A stretch of 64,000 nt of DNA from contig CAYTZS010000002.1 of assembly GCA_964442355.1 (NCBI GenBank), positions 10,775-74,774 of the forward strand, in the 5' to 3' direction. Source of the DNA: an uncultured Saprospiraceae bacterium (GTDB lineage: Bacteria; Bacteroidota; Bacteroidia; Chitinophagales; Saprospiraceae). The notes below the pieces were generated by a model. The model worked only from the letters and a program-made list of their open reading frames with translations. It made no database searches and was not told the DNA's origin. Within the stretch, counting starts at the first letter, position 1; every line of letters begins with the position of its first letter. Position numbers and translations under genes: made by a program. Positions 16,227 to 25,270 of this stretch are shown one piece after another.

Positions 16227-17198
16227 ATGTACGTTTGGATTGGCTTCCTAGCACTAATTACCATCTTTTTGGCGCTCGATTTGGGCGTTTTCAACAGAGA
16301 CCCCCACAAGATTAACACCAAAGAGGCCCTGCGGTGGACGGCACTTTGGAGCACTGTTTCCGTGTTTTTCAGCGTATTTATCTATTTCGCTTACGAGCGT
16401 CATTGGTTTGGCATCGGCCAGACCATCGGCCTCGATTCCAATGGCTGGGACGCTGCCCTTACCTATCTTACTGGCTATATCGTCGAGCTTTCACTGAGCT
16501 TGGACAACGTCTTTGTCATCGCCGTCATTTTTGGATACTTCCACATCCCACAAAAATACCAGCACCGAGTGCTGTTCTGGGGCATCATCGGGGCAGTCCT
16601 GTTTCGGGGGCTGATGATTGGTGCAGGTGCTATCCTCGTTGAGAAATTCGACTGGATTATGTACTTCTTTGGGGCCATCTTACTCTACACGGCCTGGAAA
16701 ATGCTCAAGACTGGCGGTGAAGAAATACATCCAGAAAACAACCCCGTGGTGTTGCAGCTTCGCAAAATTTTGCCTGTTACGAAGAACATTCGCCGGGAGC
16801 ATTTTTTTGTGAAATGGAAGGGCAAGACCATTGCCATGACACCCCTCTTCGTGGCGCTAGTAGTGGTAGAAACCACGGATATCATGTTTGCCTTCGACAG
16901 TATCCCGGCCATTTTCTCCATCACCAAAGACCCCTTCATCGTCTTCACTTCCAATATTTTCGCCATACTTGGCCTGCGCTCGCTGTACTTCGTGCTGGCC
17001 TCCATGCTTGATAAGTTCCAGTACGTGAAATACAGCCTCGTTATCATCCTGACGTTTGTGGGACTTAAGATGCTGGTACTGCATCCGCTCCACATCAAAC
17101 TGCCGGAATGGGCATCTCTCGGGTTTATCGTACTGGTGCTTGGCGGTGGCATATTGTACTCGATGTGGAAAGGCAAAAAAGAGGAAGTTGGCAGCTAG
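16227..17198 (+). CDS. TerC-family integral membrane protein
   Basis: 323 aa and multi-pass. The blocks YLTGYIVELSLSLDNVFVI and FAFDSIPAIF are typical of TerC/Alx/YkoY proteins. Confidence 0.85.
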   Translation: MYVWIGFLALITIFLALDLGVFNRDPHKINTKEALRWTALWSTVSVFFSVFIYFAYERHWFGIGQTIGLDSNGWDAALTYLTGYIVELSLSLDNVFVIAVIFGYFHIPQKYQHRVLFWGIIGAVLFRGLMIGAGAILVEKFDWIMYFFGAILLYTAWKMLKTGGEEIHPENNPVVLQLRKILPVTKNIRREHFFVKWKGKTIAMTPLFVALVVVETTDIMFAFDSIPAIFSITKDPFIVFTSNIFAILGLRSLYFVLASMLDKFQYVKYSLVIILTFVGLKMLVLHPLHIKLPEWASLGFIVLVLGGGILYSMWKGKKEEVGS

Positions 17199-17370
17199 GC
17201 AGTTTTTTTAGCTGGCAGTTCGACTGTTGTTTAGTCAATGCCTGACTATAAATTCCGAGAGGTGGTAACTTTTTCAAGGTTACCACCTCTCGTCGTTTTG
17301 CATAGTTCATTGACTATGAGACATTTAAGCTTTTAACTGACTGCCCACTGCCCACTGTCGAACTGCCAAC
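17187..17370. repeat. roughly 180-bp composite palindrome between convergent genes (AACTGCCA-word arms plus a perfect 13-bp core hairpin)
   Basis: The outer arms are GTTGGCAGCTAGGCAG...GCTGGCAGTTCGACTGTTG...TAGTCAATG versus CATTGACTA...CCCACTGTCGAACTGCCAAC. The core at 17257..17291 is GAGAGGTGGTAAC-TTTTTCAAG-GTTACCACCTCTC. Confidence 0.8.
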
Positions 17371-17906
17371 TAAAATTTATTCCGCCACATCATGCTCTCC
17401 ACGGGCCTATCGGTGCGTGCATTGTACTTAGCGTCCGTTTTTTTGTTGTATAAACGCTCGATTTCACCATCCACAAGAAAGTAAATCAACTGGCCGATGG
17501 GCATCCCAGCATAGACCTTTACGGGCTGGGTGCAGGAGATTTCAAGCGTCCAGTAGTTGCAAAAGCCAACGTCGCCCTTGCCTGCCGTGGCGTGGATGTC
17601 AATGCCAAGCCGCCCGACGCTACTTTTTCCTTCCAAAAATGGTACTGCGTGGTGTGTCTCTGTGTACTCCTCAGTGACGCCAAGGTAGAGTACGCCCGGT
17701 TTCAGCACGAATCCCGCTTCCGGTATCTCAAAATGGTCAATTTCGTTGTGTTTGCGGGCGTCGAGCACAGGGTCACGGTAGTTGGCGAGCCACTTGCCGA
17801 GGTGGACGTCGTAGGAGTTGGTGCCAAGGCAGGCCCGGTCGTATGGCTCGATGACGATGTCGCCGGATTCGATGGCTTCAAGGATTTTTTTATCGGAAAG
17901 AATCAT
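17370..17906 (-). CDS. dcd: dCTP deaminase
   Basis: The track ORF was trimmed to the ATG at 17906 (MILSDKKILEAIESGDIVIEP...). This gives 178 aa of classic Dcd sequence (SYDVHLG, GFVLKPGVLYLGVTEE, GKSSVGRLGI). Confidence 0.9.
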   Translation of the reverse strand: MILSDKKILEAIESGDIVIEPYDRACLGTNSYDVHLGKWLANYRDPVLDARKHNEIDHFEIPEAGFVLKPGVLYLGVTEEYTETHHAVPFLEGKSSVGRLGIDIHATAGKGDVGFCNYWTLEISCTQPVKVYAGMPIGQLIYFLVDGEIERLYNKKTDAKYNARTDRPVESMMWRNKF

Positions 17907-18100
17907 TGTTTGAAGGAAAAAGTAAAAAGATAAAAGTGGGTGCCGTAGGATTTGGGAGGGCAAAATTAGCTTTTTTTGATTCTTAACAACTCCAGTCCTC
18001 AACTACCGTTTGTTTGGCCATTTTTTTGCTGAAATTTGCGCCCCGCAACGCCGAACGGGCTTGCAATCCAACAATTCAATAAAATAACAATCAATTCATC

Positions 18101-18748
18101 ATGTCAAATCCATCCCAGGCTACTCCAACGACCACCGTCAAAAAGAAAAAGAAAAAGCCCACAGTGAACTGGAAACAGATACTCATCATCAGCGTCATGG
18201 TGCTGGCTGCTGTAAGCATGGTAGCGCCCGGCATTTTCAGTTGGATAGGAAATCTGGCTCGCAGCGGCAATTCTTACCCGTCAGCTTCCACGAATTCCAC
18301 TACTGAAACGACCAGCTCCACAACTGTACCATCAACCAACAATGCCGAAGCCATGCCAGAGCCTAAGTTCCAAAAAGAAGGCGAACTCTATTTCCAAAGT
18401 GTTGCCACTGGCAAGGCCATTTCGAAAATTGACATCGAAAAAGCAGATACAGAAGTGGATCGTCAGTTTGGCCTCATGTTCCGCAAGTCCATGCCAGAGG
18501 AGCAGGGCATGTTGTTCCTGTTCGAGACTAACGAACGCCAGAGCTTTTGGATGCGCAACACCTACATCCCGCTCGACATCATTTTTGTGGATGAAAACGG
18601 TGTCATCAACACCATCCACGAAAATGCCAAGCCGCTCAGTGATGCTTCACTTGCCTCCAACGGCAACGCCAAGTATGTAGTGGAAGTCATCGGTGGATAC
18701 ACGAAAAAGCACGGAATCAAGGTAGGTGACAAAATTAGCTGGCAGTAG
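18101..18748 (+). CDS. DUF192-domain protein with an N-terminal membrane anchor and a low-complexity linker
   Basis: 215 aa. The C-terminal block GLMFRKSMPEEQGMLFLF...FWMRNTYIPLDIIFVDENG is the DUF192 signature. Confidence 0.75.
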   Translation: MSNPSQATPTTTVKKKKKKPTVNWKQILIISVMVLAAVSMVAPGIFSWIGNLARSGNSYPSASTNSTTETTSSTTVPSTNNAEAMPEPKFQKEGELYFQSVATGKAISKIDIEKADTEVDRQFGLMFRKSMPEEQGMLFLFETNERQSFWMRNTYIPLDIIFVDENGVINTIHENAKPLSDASLASNGNAKYVVEVIGGYTKKHGIKVGDKISWQ

Positions 18749-18812
18749 TTTTGGTTGGCAGTTGGCGGTCATGGGCTGTCATCACGTCTCATACCCGCCA
18801 ACTGACGAACTA
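18738..18812. repeat. TGGCAGTT-word hairpin between convergent genes
   Basis: GCTGGCAGTAGTTTTGGTTGGCAGTTGGCGG ... CCGCCAACTGACGAAC, with a 10-bp core CAGTTGGCGG/CCGCCAACTG. The words are shared with 17187..17370. Confidence 0.7.
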
Positions 18813-19622
18813 CTTAACAGGCAACTCCATAATCTCCACTTTCCTGAAATGAATCGGGTGGCTCTCGCTCTGCAATGAAATCGTGCCACTGGTCAATGGT
18901 TTCCCATCAATTTTCACCGCTGGGTCAAAGTTGTTCACCACGCCGCCGCCAATGACGGGCTTGGTGTACTCCATGACCACCTCGCCATCAAGAATGTGCT
19001 GAATCAGCGAATCGCCCAGCACGAGGAACTCCGCCGTCACCCACTGTTCACCGTGGTAGGTCTTGGAGCGGGAGTCCATGCAGTGCGCTGTTTCCAATTT
19101 GCCGTTGATGTTGACGTGCGTGCCGGGCGTGCAGAGGTTGGAGGTGTGGCGCTCATCTTTGCCATTGCCGCCGAGGAACTGCGCTTCGATGGAGATTGGG
19201 AAGTCCTGTTTTTTGGCCATGCTGGCTGCCGATTGGCCATGCAACATGACCCCGCTGTTGCGAAGCGCCCAACCCTCGCCGCCGGGTGCCTGCTCACCCA
19301 CAAAGCGGTACTCGACCCGCAAACGGTAATGCGAAAAGGGCTTCTGGTAAAACAAATGGCCGTAGCGCTGGCCGAAATCGGTGTAGCCGCCGTATCCGAC
19401 CTTTATCATGCCATCCTCCACGGTGAAAGTGTTTTGGTAGTTGTCGTTGAGGTCGTAGCCCGCAATCTTGAGGTCCCAACCATCAAGATTTTTGCCATTG
19501 AAGAGTTGAATCCATTGGCCATCCTTCGGGGTGCGGGAGTTTGTGGAGGGCTTTTCACCGCAGCCTTTCCAAGTGGCGGCGGACAATAGCAAGCAAGTGC
19601 AGACAAGGGAAAGTGAGTTCAT
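18810..19622 (-). CDS. DUF1080-family (3-keto-disaccharide hydrolase-like) secreted protein
   Basis: 270 aa with a signal peptide. It has WIQLFNGKNLDGWD near the N-terminus and a C-terminal ISLQSESHPIHFRKVEI pattern, both typical of DUF1080. Confidence 0.75.
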   Translation of the reverse strand: MNSLSLVCTCLLLSAATWKGCGEKPSTNSRTPKDGQWIQLFNGKNLDGWDLKIAGYDLNDNYQNTFTVEDGMIKVGYGGYTDFGQRYGHLFYQKPFSHYRLRVEYRFVGEQAPGGEGWALRNSGVMLHGQSAASMAKKQDFPISIEAQFLGGNGKDERHTSNLCTPGTHVNINGKLETAHCMDSRSKTYHGEQWVTAEFLVLGDSLIQHILDGEVVMEYTKPVIGGGVVNNFDPAVKIDGKPLTSGTISLQSESHPIHFRKVEIMELPVK

Positions 19623-19795
19623 CGTAAATGTATTTTATGGGGCAAATTAGGCAAGTCGTGCCAATTTCCAAGTAACGTGCCGTCAATTGATTTGGCTTGA
19701 ACCCGCTTTTTTGAAAAATTCATCAACCCAGTGTGCCTGCGTTTGTTCCATCGGTGAACCATGTGGTTTTTTCAATCACCAACCAACAAAAAAAC

Positions 19796-20506
19796 ATGTC
19801 CTTCAAAATCCATTTCCTGCTGCTGTTGCTCCCCTTGTTTTCCGTCGCTTGCACCGAAAAAGACCCGATGCCCGATGACGAAATGCCCATTGTCGAAGAC
19901 ACCGTGCTCACCTATCTTGCCCTCGGTGATTCCTACACCATCGGGCAGGCGGTGGGCGAAAACGAGCGCTTCCCGGTGCAACTGGCGGCCAAGCTCAAAG
20001 AAGTCGGCACCAACATTGGTCACGTCCGCATCGTAGCGAAGACCGGCTGGACGACCGACGAACTGCAAGCGGGCATTGCCAGCACCAACCTCACTGCCGA
20101 TAGCACTTTCTCGCTGGTTTCGCTACTCATCGGCGTCAACAACCAGTACCGTGCTCGCCCTGTGGAGAGCTACAAGCCGGAGTTCACCGAACTGCTCAAC
20201 CAAGCCATCGCATTTGCAGGCGGTAGGAGCGACAGGGTCTTCGTGGTGTCCATTCCCGACTACGCCTACACACCGTTCGGCAACGGTGCCAGCCATATCA
20301 GCCAAGGCATTGATGCGTACAACGCCGCCAATCGGGAAATCGCCGAGGCGATGGGCATCCGTTATTTTGACATCACGCCCATTTCGAGGGAGGGGCTGAA
20401 CGACCCAACGCTGGTGGCAAGCGATGGCCTGCATCCTTCGGGAAAGCAGTATGCCATGTGGGCGAGCCTGATGCTTGGTGGGGTGATGGAGATGCTGGAT
20501 AAATAA
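19796..20506 (+). CDS. SGNH/GDSL-family hydrolase (lipoprotein)
   Basis: Trimmed to the ATG at 19796 (MSFKIHFLLLLLPLFSVAC). It has the GDSYT block I, a GxN block, and a C-terminal DGLHP catalytic block. Confidence 0.8.
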   Translation: MSFKIHFLLLLLPLFSVACTEKDPMPDDEMPIVEDTVLTYLALGDSYTIGQAVGENERFPVQLAAKLKEVGTNIGHVRIVAKTGWTTDELQAGIASTNLTADSTFSLVSLLIGVNNQYRARPVESYKPEFTELLNQAIAFAGGRSDRVFVVSIPDYAYTPFGNGASHISQGIDAYNAANREIAEAMGIRYFDITPISREGLNDPTLVASDGLHPSGKQYAMWASLMLGGVMEMLDK

Positions 20507-20524
20507 TAAAATGATGAAGTCTTT

Positions 20525-20567
20525 TTGAATGGCGATTGCCCCGCAAGGCGGAGCAATCGCCATTCAA
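20525..20567. terminator. hairpin between convergent genes
   Basis: TTGAATGGCGATTGC ... GCAATCGCCATTCAA, a perfect 15-bp stem. It lies between the stops at 20506(+) and 20591(-). Confidence 0.6.
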
Positions 20568-20590
20568 CAAACAGGTGGTCGTTGAAACCC

Positions 20591-22732
20591 CTATCTGTAC
20601 GCTTTAAGTGCCTTCTTGTCTGCCTCCGTTGCCAAGCGAATCTGCACGGCAGCTCCACCGCCAGCAGCTAACTGGATTTTCAGCACCGTTTCCTTTTTCA
20701 CCAAGTACGAATTGATTTGATAGGCCATCGGGTTTTTGTCCCAATGCGCATCTGTCGCATCGGCATAGACCGTCGCAACGTAGCTTGTGTTTTTGTCCAA
20801 AAAATCGAGCGGCAGCGTGGCCTTGCGGGCATTTTCATCGGTGATGGCTCCGATGAACCACTCGTTTTTGCCTTTGGCCCTGCGGGCAATGGAGAGATAG
20901 TCACCAGGCTCGGCTTCAAGGTAGCGGCTGTCGTCCCAGTCCACCGCCACGTCCTTGATGAACTGGAAGGCATCGAGGTGTTGCTCGTAGATTTCGGGCA
21001 GGTCAGCTGCCATTTGCAGGGGGCTGTAAATCGTGACGTAAAGCGCCAATTGCTTCGCAAGGGTCGTGTGTACCTGCTCCTTTTTATTCGGATCAAAGTA
21101 GCTCATTTTGGTTTGAAAAATACCAGGTGTGTAGTCAATCGGCCCGCCCATCGAGCGGGTGAATGGAAGGATAGTCTCGTGCTCTGGTGGATTGCCCACG
21201 CTCCAAGCGTTAAATTCGTTGCCACGGGTTGCCTCGCAGGCCAGCCAGTTGGGGTAGGTGCGGTGCAGGCCAGTTGGCCGCACGGGTTCGTGGGCGTCGA
21301 GCATGATTTGGCGCTCGGCGGTCTTGGCAGCCACCCGGTTGAAGTGGTTCACCATCCATTGCCCGTCGTGGTGCTCGCCACGAGGGATTATCCTACCGAC
21401 ATAGCCCGTCTTCACGGCATCGTAGCCGTATTTTTTCATAAAATCATACGACTTGTCCATCCAGCGCTCATAGTTGGTGACCGAGCCGGAAGTCTCGTGG
21501 TGCATGATGATTTTCACGCCTTTTTGCTTGGCGTAAGCCGAAAGTTCCGCCACATTGAAGTCGGGGTAGGGCGTTACGAAGTCGAAAACGTCCTCTTTCC
21601 ACTTCCCAAACCAGTCTTCCCAGCCCGTGTTCCAGCCCTCGACAAGCACACCGTCGAAGCCGTGCTTGGCTGCAAAATCAATGTACGTTTTTACCCGCTT
21701 GGTAGTGGCTCCGTGCCTGCCTGATGGTTCGACCGTGGCGAGGTCCCAAGTGGATGCGCTCTGCGTACCAGCATAGTCCCAAGTGGACTTCCCGACGTGC
21801 ATTTCCCACCAAACCCCGACGTACTTGGTCGGCTTTATCCACGACGTTTCGGCGATTTTGGAAGGCTCGTTGAGGTTCAATATTAAGCGGGAAGCGAGGA
21901 TGTCCGTCGCTTTGTCGCTGACGACGATGGTGCGCCACGGCGTATTGAAGGGTGCTTGCAGGTATGCCTTGTTGCCCACAGCGTCGGGCACGAGGTGCGA
22001 GGTCAGTTTGAACGTGGGTGTATCAACTTGGAGGTTCATGGCCGGGTAGTTCACCAGCGCCGCCTCATGGATGTTGAGGTAGAGGCCGTCCGTGGTTTTC
22101 ATCATCAGCGGCGTCTGCACAAAGTTGACGCCGATGGGTGTGCGGGCGTGAATCTCGTTAGCCACGCCGCCCGCCAAGCCGTTTACCTCGCTGAGTTTGG
22201 TAGTGTTGTACTGGAACTCATTGCTGTCGTAGTCGCCGGGAATCCAGAACGCTTGGTGGTCGCCCGTGAGGTCGAACTCGGTTTTTTCGTCCGAAACGAT
22301 GAAGTGGTTCAGCCCCGGCTGTGCCGGAAACTCGTAGCGGAAGCCCAGCCCATCGTTGAAGAGGCGGAAGCGGATGACGAACCGACGGTCATCCGCAGCG
22401 GATTGGCGCAGCGTAACGGCCAGTTCCCGGTAGTGGTTTCGAATCGTTTTGGTCTCGCCCCAGACGGGTGTCCAAGTTTCGTCAAAAACCGAAGAGTCCA
22501 CCTGCACGACCGCAAAGCCTTGGCTGAAGGACGGCGCATCTTTTATGATTACAGCCATGCGGCTGGGTTGAACCACTTCTTTTTTGCCAAAATACAGGCG
22601 GTAAGTTGGCTCGCCAGAAGCATTCAGGGCAAAAGTGAGCGCCAGTTTTCCGTTGGGAGAATGGATGGTTTGGGCAAAAATTTGCAGTGCGCAAAGCAAA
22701 AAAACGAGTGTAGAGGCAAGTTTATTCATCAT
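20591..22732 (-). CDS. glycoside hydrolase family 97 (alpha-glucosidase/alpha-galactosidase type)
   Basis: 713 aa with a signal peptide. The N-terminal SPNGKLALTF...GEPTYRLYFGKK, the IMHHETSG block and the overall length are typical of SusB-like GH97 enzymes. Confidence 0.85.
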   Translation of the reverse strand: MMNKLASTLVFLLCALQIFAQTIHSPNGKLALTFALNASGEPTYRLYFGKKEVVQPSRMAVIIKDAPSFSQGFAVVQVDSSVFDETWTPVWGETKTIRNHYRELAVTLRQSAADDRRFVIRFRLFNDGLGFRYEFPAQPGLNHFIVSDEKTEFDLTGDHQAFWIPGDYDSNEFQYNTTKLSEVNGLAGGVANEIHARTPIGVNFVQTPLMMKTTDGLYLNIHEAALVNYPAMNLQVDTPTFKLTSHLVPDAVGNKAYLQAPFNTPWRTIVVSDKATDILASRLILNLNEPSKIAETSWIKPTKYVGVWWEMHVGKSTWDYAGTQSASTWDLATVEPSGRHGATTKRVKTYIDFAAKHGFDGVLVEGWNTGWEDWFGKWKEDVFDFVTPYPDFNVAELSAYAKQKGVKIIMHHETSGSVTNYERWMDKSYDFMKKYGYDAVKTGYVGRIIPRGEHHDGQWMVNHFNRVAAKTAERQIMLDAHEPVRPTGLHRTYPNWLACEATRGNEFNAWSVGNPPEHETILPFTRSMGGPIDYTPGIFQTKMSYFDPNKKEQVHTTLAKQLALYVTIYSPLQMAADLPEIYEQHLDAFQFIKDVAVDWDDSRYLEAEPGDYLSIARRAKGKNEWFIGAITDENARKATLPLDFLDKNTSYVATVYADATDAHWDKNPMAYQINSYLVKKETVLKIQLAAGGGAAVQIRLATEADKKALKAYR

Positions 22733-22744
22733 GTTGTTTTTTTA

Positions 22745-22752
22745 CAAAAATA
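22745..22752 (-). promoter_or_regulatory. candidate -7 box (TATTTTTG)
   Basis: The minus strand reads CCTATTTTTGTAAAAAAACAACATGATG. The motif ends 12 nt upstream of the GH97 start. Confidence 0.3.
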
Positions 22753-22925
22753 GGAAAATAGGCATGGTCTGATGGGTGATTCTTCGCACACAATTAACCA
22801 ATTTACGCCGGGCCAGAAATAATGGATAAAGCCAATATTGGCCAAAAATAAAGCAATGGAACAGGCTGCTCGCAGTAGCTTTGGCACGAAGAAAACGAGG
22901 GTTTGGCTTTTCAAAAAACAAACGA

Positions 22926-25184
22926 ATGATGCACAAACAGTTGAGATTTCTGGGAACGATGGCCGTAATTGCGATGCTGCTGGAGCTAAGTTGCAACCAA
23001 CTTGAAGCAAGGAAACTGCCCATAAAAGTGGACGAGGAAGGCACTGCTAAAATGGTCAAACTCCTGCAAGAGACCTTCGCCAAGCTTGACCCCATGAAAA
23101 TCCAATACTACGACAGCAACCGCAAGGCGGCGATTTTCAAGGCCAAACTGGACGAGGCGACCGACATCAACGAGCAGATGAAGCTCAAGATGCAGTATGC
23201 TTTTGAACTGTTGGGAGGCGGCAAAAACGAACAGGCCATCATGGAGTTTGAGCAGCTGCTGCAAACCGCTACCGAGGCAAAGGCCGACCCTCAGTCGTTG
23301 GACCAAATCAAAAAGCTGCTGGCGCTCTGCTACGTGCGCATCGGCGAGACGAGCAACTGCATCGAACGCTTCAACGAGGCTTCCTGCATCCTGCCCATTC
23401 AAGGCAAGGGTGTTTACAACGACCAAATCGGCAGCCGCATGGCCATCCGGCTCTACGAGGAAATGCTGGTGGAAAACCCCAACGACTACGAGGCGATTTG
23501 GATGCTCAATTTCGCCTACATGACCGTGGGCGAGTACCCCAAAAAAGTGCCCAAGCAGTTTCTCGTTCCACCCTCCTTCTTTGAATCCGATTACGATTTG
23601 CCTGCCTTCAAAAACATCGCCCAAGAAGTTGGCGTCGGAACGGTAGCGCTGTCGGGCGGCACCTGCGTCGAGGACTTCAACAATGACGGCCTGCTCGACA
23701 TCATGGCCTCCTCCTGGGGCATGAACGACCAACTCCGCTATTTCGAGAGCGATGGCAACGGGCATTTTACTGAAAAAACCGATGCGGCAAAACTCACCGG
23801 CTTGACAAGCGGCCTCAACCTCCAGCACGCCGACTACGACAACGACGGATTCATGGACTTGCTCGTGCTGCGGGGGGCTTGGTGGCAAGCCCAAGGCAAC
23901 ATCCCCAACTCGCTAATCAAAAACAACGGCGACGGCACCTTCACCGACGTGACCATCCAAGCGGGGCTGCTCTCCTTCGCTCCCACGCAGACAGCAGCTT
24001 GGGCAGACTTCAACAACGACGGCTGGCTCGACCTTTTCATCGGCAACGAAAGTGCAATGGAATTCAAAAACCCCTGTGAGTTTTACCTCAACAACCAAGA
24101 CGGCACTTTCACTGACATCACGAAGCAGGTGGGATTGGGCACTTACCAAGCTTACGTCAAGGGCGTGACGGCTGGCGACGTGAACAACGATGGCTGGCAA
24201 GATTTGTACATTTCCACCCTTACTTCCAACAACATGCTGCTGCTCAACCAAACCACCCAGCCCGGCGCTATGCCAGTTTTTATGGATGCTACGGAGCGTG
24301 CAGCAGTGAATCAGCCATTTGGCGGCTTTGCCACTTGGATGTTTGATTTCAACAACGACGGTTGGCTCGACATTTTCGCTGGTTCTTACGGCTCCTCCAC
24401 TGGGGCGCTGGCGGCGGAGGCAGCCACGCTGAATTCGCAGGGAAAGCATATTGGCGGCACCCCCCACCTGTACATCAACGACGGCAAGACCGGCAAGGAC
24501 GCCCCGCATTTCACCGATATCACCAAACAGGTGGGCCTGGACGACGCCCTCTTCGTCATGGGTTCCAACTTCGGCGACTTGGACAACGACGGCTGGCTCG
24601 ACTTCTACCTCGGCACCGGAGCCCCCAGCCTGAGCGCCGTGGTGCCCAACAAGATGTACCGAAACAACGAAGGCAAAGGCTTGCAGGATGTGACCACCGC
24701 TGGCGGCTTCGGCATCCTGCAAAAAGGCCACGCCGTTGGTTTTGGCGACTTCGACAACGACGGTGACCAAGACATTTTTTCGGTCATTGGCGGGGCACTG
24801 GATGGCGATGTGTTCAGCAACGCTTTTCACCTGAACCCCATTGGCAACCAGCAAAATTGGGTAACGCTAAAACTCATCGGCACGACCTCCAACCGCTCGG
24901 CCATCGGGGCGAGGGTAAAAATCACAGCCATCGGCAAGGACGGCAAGGAGCGGCAGGTTCATGGCCTCGTCTCCACGGGCAGCAGCTTTGGTGGCAACAG
25001 CCTCCAATTGGAAATCGGGCTAGGCGATGCGACTTCCATCAAGCAAGTAGAAGTGAAATGGCCCAATGCAAAAGGCTCGGTATCGGTCTATAAAAATATT
25101 CAAATCAACAAATACGTGGAACTGACGGAGGGCAACACGGCACCTGTTTACCTTGAAAGGAAACGGATTCAGTTTCCGGGGTAG
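22926..25184 (+). CDS. CRTAC1/ASPIC-UnbV-like protein with FG-GAP/VCBS repeats and an N-terminal TPR-like region
   Basis: Trimmed to the ATG at 22926. It has repeated FNNDGWLD / DYDNDGFMD / DVNNDGWQD calcium-binding loops and a C-terminal NRSAIGARVKI (UnbV_ASPIC-type) block. Confidence 0.8.
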   Translation: MMHKQLRFLGTMAVIAMLLELSCNQLEARKLPIKVDEEGTAKMVKLLQETFAKLDPMKIQYYDSNRKAAIFKAKLDEATDINEQMKLKMQYAFELLGGGKNEQAIMEFEQLLQTATEAKADPQSLDQIKKLLALCYVRIGETSNCIERFNEASCILPIQGKGVYNDQIGSRMAIRLYEEMLVENPNDYEAIWMLNFAYMTVGEYPKKVPKQFLVPPSFFESDYDLPAFKNIAQEVGVGTVALSGGTCVEDFNNDGLLDIMASSWGMNDQLRYFESDGNGHFTEKTDAAKLTGLTSGLNLQHADYDNDGFMDLLVLRGAWWQAQGNIPNSLIKNNGDGTFTDVTIQAGLLSFAPTQTAAWADFNNDGWLDLFIGNESAMEFKNPCEFYLNNQDGTFTDITKQVGLGTYQAYVKGVTAGDVNNDGWQDLYISTLTSNNMLLLNQTTQPGAMPVFMDATERAAVNQPFGGFATWMFDFNNDGWLDIFAGSYGSSTGALAAEAATLNSQGKHIGGTPHLYINDGKTGKDAPHFTDITKQVGLDDALFVMGSNFGDLDNDGWLDFYLGTGAPSLSAVVPNKMYRNNEGKGLQDVTTAGGFGILQKGHAVGFGDFDNDGDQDIFSVIGGALDGDVFSNAFHLNPIGNQQNWVTLKLIGTTSNRSAIGARVKITAIGKDGKERQVHGLVSTGSSFGGNSLQLEIGLGDATSIKQVEVKWPNAKGSVSVYKNIQINKYVELTEGNTAPVYLERKRIQFPG

Positions 25185-25270
25185 GGCTGAATTTTGGCAT
25201 TGCGGTAGCTTAGACTTGTTCGGATTTTCTGATATTTTCTAGTACATTGCCCAATAAAACATCCTCAACA

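Noticed and set aside
17370-17906. Defensive dCTP deaminase (nucleotide-depletion immunity)
   Set aside because: It is a 178-aa housekeeping-length Dcd with no extra N-terminal kinase-like domain, and it sits in core-gene context.
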